NCBI GenBank assembly: GCA_021851145.1
Contig: JAJZJK010000001.1
Coordinates: 1 to 50,753, forward strand
Source of the DNA: Nanobdellota archaeon
Lineage (GTDB): Archaea; Nanobdellota; Nanobdellia; Parvarchaeales; Parvarchaeaceae
Reading direction: 5' to 3'
Length of the DNA stretch: 50,753 nt
Shown in pieces: positions 43,553-50,753 of the stretch. Below the pieces are notes generated by a model. That model worked only from the letters and a program-made list of their open reading frames with translations. It was not told the DNA's origin and did no database searches. Every line of letters starts with the position of its first letter. The first letter of the stretch is position 1. Both the position numbers and the translations under genes were made by a program.

Positions 43553-45310
43553 ATGGCGTTAAATTTTACAGATTTTAAGGATATTGGATTTATAAGCAAT
43601 CAATTAACAAGTTCTTTGATAGATAAAAATGGTAATGTGTTGTGGCTTTGTTTCCCCAGATTTGATTCAGATCCATTTATTTCCTATTTGTTAGATGAGA
43701 AAAATGGGGGCATTTTTAAGATTAGCCCATTATCCCCATTTTCATCATCTCATAAGTATACTGCGCCAAATATCCTGCATACTAATTTCAAAACTTCTGA
43801 AGGAAGTGCAGATATAAACGATTTTTTAATACCTGGAAAATCAATACTTGTTAGAAACATAAACTCCGAAATAACAACACAGCTTAATTTTAATCCCTTG
43901 TTTAATTTTCATACAATGAACTTTAATTATTCTGAGGATGGCAACAAAATAATTTTTGACGGTAAAACTGGGAAAGGAAGGCTAGTGTTAGAGATAGCTG
44001 GAGAATATAAAAAAACTGGTGATTTTACTTGGCAGATAGAGAAAGGCCTGAATCAAGTTATACTTTCTTACTATCCTTCTGCTGAGATTTACGAGTTAGA
44101 AAGTAAAAATGTTTCTCAATCAAATCTTTCAAAAGCTTTAGATTCTACTATAGATTATTGGGGAGCTTATACAGAACGCATAAAACTAAGTCTGGTTGGT
44201 ACAAATTTAGAGGAGTTCGAACAGCTTTTAAGATCTTCAGTTTTTACAATACTGGGACTTACATACTCACCAAATGGAAGTATAATAGCTGCACCTACAG
44301 CATCTTTGCCCGAGGATCCGGGAGGCAATAGAAATTGGGATTATAGATATGTTTGGGTAAGGGACTCAGCTATAATGGCTTCTGCGCTTTGTAATCTCGG
44401 GTTTAATACTGAAAGTAGAAGAGCGCTTGAATTCTTGTTTAGTATGATAGATTATTCTGGTAAGCCACTTTATAACCTTTACAGGGTCGATGGTACAAAG
44501 ATTTATGGAGAGAGGTATGTTGACTCTTTAAATGGCTTTATGGATTCGAAGCCAGTTAGAATTGGTAACCGAGCTACTAATCAGATACAACTAGACATAG
44601 AAGGGGAGTTCTTGTATGCTGTAAAGAACTATTTTGATTCTAACAAAGATAAAGAATTTATACAAAATCATTTGAAAGCCATAGAGTATATAGCAGATTG
44701 GTTAGCAGATAATTGGCAGCTTGCAGATTCAGGGATATGGGAAAAACCAGATGATCATGAGTATGCACATTCGAAAGTAATGATTTGGGTCGCTTTAGAA
44801 AGCGCTGGAAAGTTAGTTTTAGAGCTAGGAGGGGTTGACAGGTGGAAAGAAACTAGAGAAGAGATAAAACAGTGGGTTATGTCAAATTGTGTGAAGGATG
44901 GATATTTTATAACTTTTCCTAAAAGTAATGATATTGATGCTACGGTTTTGTCATTCCCTATTTACGGTTTTATAGACGCAAATGACCCCATATTCATCAA
45001 AACCTTAAAAGTAGTCGAAAAAACATTGTTTATAAAAGGATTTGTTTATAGGTACAATTTTGATTCACTTGGTAAATCTAATCACGCTTTTGTTTTATGT
45101 TCTATGTGGTTAGCTTCGGTTTATTCTAAAACAAAAAGAAAAGACGATGCAATAAATCTGCTTAAAAATGTAAAAAGTATAGTTGGCCCAAATAATCTAA
45201 TAGGTGAGGATATAGACATACACAATAAAGTTTTTACAGGCAATTTTCCACAAGGGTTTGTACACGCAGCATTTATAAATTCTATTATAGACATTCTAAA
45301 CAACAATTAA
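43553..45310 (+). CDS. Glycoside hydrolase family 15 (glucoamylase/glucodextranase/trehalase-like)
   Basis: NRNWDYRYVWVRDSAIMASAL plus (alpha/alpha)6-barrel-length C-terminal region with IWEKPDD..H. The ORF-track start 43538 is TTG; the first ATG is at 43553. Confidence 0.85.
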   Translation: MALNFTDFKDIGFISNQLTSSLIDKNGNVLWLCFPRFDSDPFISYLLDEKNGGIFKISPLSPFSSSHKYTAPNILHTNFKTSEGSADINDFLIPGKSILVRNINSEITTQLNFNPLFNFHTMNFNYSEDGNKIIFDGKTGKGRLVLEIAGEYKKTGDFTWQIEKGLNQVILSYYPSAEIYELESKNVSQSNLSKALDSTIDYWGAYTERIKLSLVGTNLEEFEQLLRSSVFTILGLTYSPNGSIIAAPTASLPEDPGGNRNWDYRYVWVRDSAIMASALCNLGFNTESRRALEFLFSMIDYSGKPLYNLYRVDGTKIYGERYVDSLNGFMDSKPVRIGNRATNQIQLDIEGEFLYAVKNYFDSNKDKEFIQNHLKAIEYIADWLADNWQLADSGIWEKPDDHEYAHSKVMIWVALESAGKLVLELGGVDRWKETREEIKQWVMSNCVKDGYFITFPKSNDIDATVLSFPIYGFIDANDPIFIKTLKVVEKTLFIKGFVYRYNFDSLGKSNHAFVLCSMWLASVYSKTKRKDDAINLLKNVKSIVGPNNLIGEDIDIHNKVFTGNFPQGFVHAAFINSIIDILNNN

Positions 45311-45404
45311 TGTTGGCAGCTAAATTCTAAATAATTTTAAAATTCTTAAATTGTAAAATTTACAAATAATAAGCTTTATATATTAGAATTTTTCTATAAA
45401 AACT

Positions 45405-46067
45405 ATGAAAAAGGAGGCTATTTTAGATTCCTTATTGAATAATGCTGAAAAAATAGATTCTCATGTTTCATATGTTGAAAATATAGATTTTATGCTTTCT
45501 TTTGCAGTTTTAAAGATAAATCCTCCCGGTTATAGAGTTGATCCAGAATATGAATTATACAAAAATTCAAACGTTGTAACATTCAAAAGAACACACGCTT
45601 ACATTTTAAATGAAGGAGGAAAGGATATGCTTTATTTATTTAAAAACAGTGTCCCTGATAAATCAATTTATATCTCAGATGGAGAAGACGACAATTTATT
45701 CAGCGAAAATTTTAAGGATAAACTTATCTACACAGTCGGTTTATTTGACAGAAAAAAGGCAGACCCGACAAGCAGTTTTTTTAAGTGTTATAAAATTATA
45801 TTAAATGACTCCTTAAATGCCAAGGATCTAGATGAAAAAAGAGAGTACATTATAAAGAATATAAGAACGAATGTAGATGGCCAAACTGTGTGCTGGCACA
45901 TATACCCTGCTATTGAAAATGAGAATAAAGTCTTGAACATATTAGAGCATAACAACCCAAATAATTTGAAGCTAGCAAAACTGGCAGAAAATGAAGAAAC
46001 TGGTGATACACATTATATTCCGGTAGAAAAAGACAGGAAAAATTGGAAAAAATATATAACTCCCTAA
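45405..46067 (+). CDS. Hypothetical protein
   Basis: 220-aa ORF with no motif recognised. Confidence 0.45.
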   Translation: MKKEAILDSLLNNAEKIDSHVSYVENIDFMLSFAVLKINPPGYRVDPEYELYKNSNVVTFKRTHAYILNEGGKDMLYLFKNSVPDKSIYISDGEDDNLFSENFKDKLIYTVGLFDRKKADPTSSFFKCYKIILNDSLNAKDLDEKREYIIKNIRTNVDGQTVCWHIYPAIENENKVLNILEHNNPNNLKLAKLAENEETGDTHYIPVEKDRKNWKKYITP

Positions 46068-46113
46068 AATTTAGTTGATATTATCACCGCTCACTTTACA
46101 AACTAAATTTTTT
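46068..46113 (+). terminator. Hairpin (AATTTAGTT...AACTAAATT) followed by a T-run
   Basis: A 9-bp inverted repeat with a 24-nt loop starts right after the stop at 46067 and runs into TTTTTT (46108-46113). Confidence 0.35.
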
Positions 46114-46227
46114 AGTAGTTTCTTATGTTGAGAAAAACCAGACTTTTGTGTTCAGGTGATACTACCTGCCATAAACTATTGAATAATCTATAAAAAGCTT
46201 TAAATAAACCAAATTCTTATAAATAAA

Positions 46228-46893
46228 ATGCAAGATAAACCAAAGAAAAACAATTTCCTTGTTTATGAAGTAATTGCAGTAGCCGTTATTGTAATAATTG
46301 CAGTAGTTATAATCTATACATTGGTTCCTTCTTCCCCTTCAGCTGCACTACTTAAATTTGTGCACACTGTGCCTAGTGGAGTAACTGTATATTCTGCGAA
46401 TAATTCAATAGTTATAAGCGGATCCAACGTTACAATCCCAATAGTTGCATATGAAAACATTTCTTATAATCCAATCTATAACATAACCTATCCGATTAAT
46501 GTAACAGCAGCAGATTCATATCTTGAGACGCCAAATCATGAGCTTCCATACTTTGGGGATTATGGCTTAATAGACCCAACATTTGTTATAAAGAATGGTT
46601 CCACCGTGAACTTTGTTTTCATAAACCTTGGAGCAGAAATACATATATTCGCTATAACCCCGCAAGCGCCCCCTTTTAATCCATTTACCACTCTTTCTCC
46701 CATTTCATTAAAAGCGGATCTTTTGTATTTGCCGGCACTACCACCTCCAGCTAACTTTAACAATCCTTTTAGTGGAAGTATCTATTCAACAAGCGGATCC
46801 TATACATTCAATGTAACCGGTACTTACTATTACCTTTGTCCTATACCAGGACACGCAGAATTGGGCATGTACGGTAAAATTGAGGTAGTGTGA
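46228..46893 (+). CDS. Membrane-anchored sulfocyanin-like type-1 (blue) copper protein, copy 1
   Basis: N-terminal TM anchor. C-terminal ligand loop YYYLCPIPGHAELGMYGKIEVV (Cys-x4-His-x4-Met), with an upstream His in GAEIHIFAI. Confidence 0.8.
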   Translation: MQDKPKKNNFLVYEVIAVAVIVIIAVVIIYTLVPSSPSAALLKFVHTVPSGVTVYSANNSIVISGSNVTIPIVAYENISYNPIYNITYPINVTAADSYLETPNHELPYFGDYGLIDPTFVIKNGSTVNFVFINLGAEIHIFAITPQAPPFNPFTTLSPISLKADLLYLPALPPPANFNNPFSGSIYSTSGSYTFNVTGTYYYLCPIPGHAELGMYGKIEVV

Positions 46894-47624
46894 TGGAAAA
46901 TACTAAAAATAACAATGCAATGATTCTAGCAATAATAGTTGTGATAGCTATCATAGTTATAGTAGTGGCGTTCCTTACTATTAACCACACAATAAGCTTT
47001 GCAGGCCCTGTGTCAATTTCAGTTTCTACTGCTTTAAGCACTGTGCCAGCAGGCGTTACTGTCAATGCAGCTACCAACACCGTATATATTAATAAATCGG
47101 CGACAATTTCTATGGGAATGATAGACAACTTGTCTTCAGATCCTACAAATAACATAACTCTGAATTCAACAGTACCAGGAACAAGCATACCTTATAAAGC
47201 ATTGTTAGGTGAGTTGGATCTGCAGGCGCTTCCGGCTTTTACTTTATATGGGCTTGTTAACCCAACTATAGTAATAAAGCAAGGTTCTACAGTAACTTTC
47301 GATGCATTTGATTTGTCTGATTATGCTTATCATGGGTATATGATTGTAAATAACAGCTACCCGCCACCTTACTCTACTTCAGGACCAGAAGGCGCATTTG
47401 ATGGTTATACTGGTGCAAATGATATTGTTGTGAAAGGTATACTTATACCGCCTCCTAAGAATGGAAGAATATATGAAGAAAGCGAAACATTCGCAGCAAA
47501 TACCAATGGAACATATTGGTATCTTTGTCCGGTATTTGGGCACGCAGAATTGGGCATGTATGGTAAGATAGTAGTAAGTAGTTCTCCTTCTTCTGTAAAT
47601 ACAAACAGTAATGGCTATTCTTAA
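46893..47624 (+). CDS. Membrane-anchored sulfocyanin-like type-1 (blue) copper protein, copy 2
   Basis: N-terminal TM anchor. YWYLCPVFGHAELGMYGKIVV with an upstream His in YAYHGYMIV. The ATG overlaps the previous TGA by 1 nt (the ORF-track start 46890 is GTG). Confidence 0.8.
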   Translation: MENTKNNNAMILAIIVVIAIIVIVVAFLTINHTISFAGPVSISVSTALSTVPAGVTVNAATNTVYINKSATISMGMIDNLSSDPTNNITLNSTVPGTSIPYKALLGELDLQALPAFTLYGLVNPTIVIKQGSTVTFDAFDLSDYAYHGYMIVNNSYPPPYSTSGPEGAFDGYTGANDIVVKGILIPPPKNGRIYEESETFAANTNGTYWYLCPVFGHAELGMYGKIVVSSSPSSVNTNSNGYS

Positions 47625-47637
47625 TTAGTTTTAGTTA

Positions 47638-48612
47638 ATGGAAAAAGTTAAGCTTAGGTTTGACAAAATACCTTTTATAACTAGGATTGTTTTGGGTGCA
47701 ATTTTTATAGCAGATTCTCTGCTTAAGCTGATACCAGATTCTGCTTTTCTTATAAAGGAAAACGTCCTTACGGGAGCATACGGTGCATGGTCATTTGTTT
47801 ACCCTTGGGTTGCATTCTGGGCAAACTTTACTGCAAATAATATAAATTTCTTTGTATATTTTGCAATAATTGTTGAATTCTTAATAGGTTTATTTCTTAT
47901 ACTCGGCTTTTGTAAGAAGTTTCTATACATTGCAGGAGCTGTATACTCAATAGCAATATGGCTCACTATAAGTCAGTTCGGAGGGCCTTATATAGCAGGA
48001 ACACTTGACATAGGTGCAACTCCCATCTATTTTCTTTTATTTTTACTGTTAATATTTTCTGAAAGGAATTTTAACGTTTATGATCTTTCAATTGATAAAG
48101 CAATAAAAAAGAGGTTCAATTTATGGGGAAAACTTGCGTTCTTCAAGAAAGTAAAATCAAAAAACGAGAAAATAACTGTTTTTGCAATATCTTCAATAGC
48201 ATTTGGTGCAGTACTCGCAGTAAACGCCTCTTTAAAACTAGTAAGCGGCACTGCTTCAAATGTAGCGGGCAATCAGCTAATGCAAATTTTAGGAGAGCCT
48301 AAATTTTTGATTCCATTCTTTTTATTTTGGGACAAATTAATATTGCCCAATATCCAGCTATTTCTGTACATATACGCATTTTCAGAGTTTTCTATAGCTT
48401 TGCTGCTTATTTTTGGTCTATTTAGGAGGGAGGTTTATATTGCAGGGATAGTTTACAGCCTGTTTTCATGGTCAGTTATACAAGGTTTTGGAGGGCCCTT
48501 CTTTGCCGGAGTAACAGATTTAGCGGCAGGGCCTTTGTATATTCTTATATTTATTATGTTTATTTTTTACAATTCAAACACAAAACTTTCAGCTTTTTAT
48601 ACTAAAAAATAA
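47638..48612 (+). CDS. Internally duplicated polytopic membrane protein (two DoxX/DoxD-like halves, tentative)
   Basis: The halves align by eye: FFVYFAIIVEFLIGLFLILGFCKKFLYIAGAVYSIAIWLTISQFGGPYIAGTLDIGATPIYFLLFLLLIF versus LFLYIYAFSEFSIALLLIFGLFRREVYIAGIVYSLFSWSVIQGFGGPFFAGVTDLAAGPLYILIFIMFIF. The family assignment is weak. Confidence 0.55.
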   Translation: MEKVKLRFDKIPFITRIVLGAIFIADSLLKLIPDSAFLIKENVLTGAYGAWSFVYPWVAFWANFTANNINFFVYFAIIVEFLIGLFLILGFCKKFLYIAGAVYSIAIWLTISQFGGPYIAGTLDIGATPIYFLLFLLLIFSERNFNVYDLSIDKAIKKRFNLWGKLAFFKKVKSKNEKITVFAISSIAFGAVLAVNASLKLVSGTASNVAGNQLMQILGEPKFLIPFFLFWDKLILPNIQLFLYIYAFSEFSIALLLIFGLFRREVYIAGIVYSLFSWSVIQGFGGPFFAGVTDLAAGPLYILIFIMFIFYNSNTKLSAFYTKK

Positions 48613-48642
48613 CTATTTATATTTTAATTCTTTATACTTAAT

Positions 48643-49197
48643 ATGAATAGTTCAAAGCCAGAGGCAGTAGTTTACAGCAGTTCTAAAAAATTAACATATC
48701 TAAAACTTGGATTTGCTGCTCTTATAATAATCACCGCTATATTAGTTTTTTTTACAGTTTACCCAAAAATAACCTCTGTTTCTGCTATAACTTCAGTTTC
48801 AAGTTCTGTTAGTATTACCGGCCCTTCAAATTATAACTACTTATTTGCTTTAAATTACGCTTTTGTTGGATTTGATATTGTTATCGGTATTGCGTTGTTG
48901 TTCTTCGGGATAATCGCATTTATTGCATTGTTTAAACACCGAAAAGATAACGCCCCAATAACCACTATGATACTCAATCTTAATAGAAGCAGCAACCCTT
49001 TTTCCCTTCTTATACTGGCTTCAATAATGGTTTTAATTGCGATAGTAGCTTTCTTTGTAAGTATACTGACAAGTTATGCTATTCTTTCATTTTTAGTAGG
49101 TGTAATTCTTGGGACAGTAGCATTTCTGCTTGTGGCCCTGTCAATTATAAATATTTCATTGAAATACTTAGTGAGGTTTGTTTTTAATTATGACTAG
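48643..49197 (+). CDS. Hypothetical polytopic membrane protein
   Basis: 184 aa with about 4 TM helices. No motif recognised. Confidence 0.45.
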   Translation: MNSSKPEAVVYSSSKKLTYLKLGFAALIIITAILVFFTVYPKITSVSAITSVSSSVSITGPSNYNYLFALNYAFVGFDIVIGIALLFFGIIAFIALFKHRKDNAPITTMILNLNRSSNPFSLLILASIMVLIAIVAFFVSILTSYAILSFLVGVILGTVAFLLVALSIINISLKYLVRFVFNYD

Positions 49198-49558
49198 TGC
49201 AATTTTGATAAGTACTTCTTCTGTAAACCCTCTGGCAGGTTTTATTTTGCCAATAATATTGGTTTCAATAGCGGCTTTGTTATTGGTAGTATCTTTAATA
49301 CTCTTCTTTAAAAGGTTTTATTCTATGCGGGTTGCAAGCACTCAAAGGGTTGCGCTATTTAAAAATAATTGGTGGAAATTGTCTATACTATTTCTTGCGC
49401 CAGCCGTTGTAACTTTGTTTTTAATCGCAGGGCTTTTTGCTCCTACATCATTTGAGATATATTTCTATCTTTACGGCTTGCTCGTAAGTATAATCTTAGC
49501 AGAAGCCGTCATAATTTCAATAATAAGGGTGCTAGGAATAAATAAACAGGTTATTTAA
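49190..49558 (+). CDS. Hypothetical membrane protein
   Basis: About 3 TM helices. First ATG at 49190 (ATGACTAG overlap with the previous stop). The ORF-track start 49178 is TTG. Confidence 0.45.
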   Translation: MTSAILISTSSVNPLAGFILPIILVSIAALLLVVSLILFFKRFYSMRVASTQRVALFKNNWWKLSILFLAPAVVTLFLIAGLFAPTSFEIYFYLYGLLVSIILAEAVIISIIRVLGINKQVI

Positions 49559-49605
49559 GTCGTTAAAATATAAACTATTTTATATAATAAGCTTTTTTAT
49601 AGGTA

Positions 49606-50505
49606 ATGAACCTAAAAATAAAGAATAGGATTTATTTCATACTCTTTGTGTTGATAATTTTCTCAGTAATAGCTTACCTGTTTACTTTGATTCCAGGCAT
49701 ACCCACAAACATAGATGGAGTTGTCTATATTATCCTTATACTTATCTCAGGTGTTTTAATAGTGAATTTTTTAAGCGATATAATAGAAGCCAAAGCAAAT
49801 AATAAAAATAAACAGGTTAGCAATACAATAGTTTTTGTTGTAAGGCTATCTGGTTATATAATAGTAATTGCTATTGCCCTAGCTTCTTTTAAGATAGGCT
49901 TAACCTCAGTTATCCTCGGTGGAGGGTTTATAGGGGTAGTTGTTGGCTTAGCCGCACAAGCTTCTCTTTCTAATTTTTTCAGCGGTATAGTACTGCTTTT
50001 TTCTAAACCATTTAACATCGGGGATAATATAACTTTAAGCACTTGGCAGTATGGTTTGATAGCACCTAGTTACCCTCCAAAATTCTTTTCTAATGATTTC
50101 CTTGTTCCAGGGTACACTGGAACAGTAGAAAAAATGACATTAACTTTCACTACGATTCGTCTGGACAATAATATACCTATAAAAATCCCAAATAGCATTG
50201 TATTGCAAGCATCAATATTTCTTAATAATGAAGAATACAGGAATGTAAAGGTAAGATATGAAGTGCCTTCGAGTATAGACCCGAATATATTTATAAAAAC
50301 AGTTCAAACTGAATTAAAAAAATTAGGCTTTATAAAGGGCCAGCCTGAGATATTTATATCGGAAACTAGCTTTGCAAATAAAAGTAATGTCTTTTCAGTT
50401 AATTCCGTATGCAAATCTAAATCTGATGACCTCCCGAGAAGCGAGATAATTAAAGTTTTAATTAAAGCAAGCAACTTGCTTGGAAAATCTAAGGCAAGAA
50501 AGTAA
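49606..50505 (+). CDS. MscS-family small-conductance mechanosensitive channel (second copy in window)
   Basis: 3 TM helices, then LSNFFSGIVLLFSKPFNIGDNITL and a beta-domain. Confidence 0.8.
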   Translation: MNLKIKNRIYFILFVLIIFSVIAYLFTLIPGIPTNIDGVVYIILILISGVLIVNFLSDIIEAKANNKNKQVSNTIVFVVRLSGYIIVIAIALASFKIGLTSVILGGGFIGVVVGLAAQASLSNFFSGIVLLFSKPFNIGDNITLSTWQYGLIAPSYPPKFFSNDFLVPGYTGTVEKMTLTFTTIRLDNNIPIKIPNSIVLQASIFLNNEEYRNVKVRYEVPSSIDPNIFIKTVQTELKKLGFIKGQPEIFISETSFANKSNVFSVNSVCKSKSDDLPRSEIIKVLIKASNLLGKSKARK

Positions 50506-50649
50506 TTTTATCTTTACACAGTTTATGTATTGTTATAAGTTCTAGTGTTAAATATAAAAAAATAAAGTATAAAAGTCTAAATTGTGTTTAAAAATGTTAT
50601 TATAACTAATACTTTCATATTTTTATTCAATAAAGAAAAAAATTACCAA

Positions 50650-50753
50650 ATGGAATTTAAAATTAAGGAAAGAACAGCGTTTGATGTAAAAATAGAAAAT
50701 GATGAAAATAAGCGTAAAGACATAATAAAATTCTTGAAGGCTAGAATAAAAGA
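50650..50753 (+). CDS. 5' end of an unidentified ORF running off the window
   Basis: ATG at 50650 is open to the window end (MEFKIKERTAFDVKIENDENKRKDIIKFLKARIK...). Too short to classify. Confidence 0.25.
   Translation, partial: MEFKIKERTAFDVKIENDENKRKDIIKFLKARIK

Noticed and set aside
1-50753. CRISPR arrays, IS elements, integrases, prophage or defence islands
   Set aside because: Scanning the intergenic regions by eye, I found no regularly spaced direct repeats. I also found no transposase, integrase or Cas-like ORFs. None of the three tRNA genes is flanked by integrase-like genes or obvious att-like duplications. The only repeats seen are the short hairpins listed and the 20-nt identity between the two sulfocyanin genes.

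Overview
AT-rich (about one-third G+C by eye, not computed), very gene-dense archaeal chromosomal segment. Archaeal identity rests on GatD/GatE, aIF2-gamma, ribosomal protein S6e, Alba, Sec61-gamma/SecE, ABCE1, two FtsZ paralogues and class-III (pilin-type) signal peptides. Genes are packed with 0-50 nt spacers. Many same-strand starts and stops overlap, and several convergent gene pairs overlap at their 3' ends. Acid/metal-niche hints are two sulfocyanin-type blue copper proteins, a P3A-type H+-ATPase and an ArsC/LMW-PTP-like protein. This is compatible with a small-genome acidophilic archaeon (DPANN/ARMAN-like or Thermoplasmata-like), but that placement is inference only. I support about 62 CDS and 3 tRNAs (Ser-GGA, Val-TAC, Lys-CTT), plus a few hairpins and promoter-like elements. 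I saw no rRNA, CRISPR array, transposase or integrase. The most interesting content is listed here. (1) A pilin-led operon (6852-11314) contains a stand-alone degenerate KaiC-like protein, a KaiC-like::MglA-like small-GTPase fusion and a Roadblock/LC7 protein. (2) An unannotated 21-aa Cys-rich metallothionein-like micro-ORF follows pyrG. (3) A tandem sulfocyanin pair is followed by an internally duplicated membrane protein and two more membrane proteins. (4) Several reduced or pseudo-enzyme architectures occur: a Dph2 lacking its first domain, an EF-Tu-like protein without a P-loop, a tandem kinase/pseudokinase, and a Cys-less TusA-like protein. All family calls are by-eye motif recognition, with no searches run.
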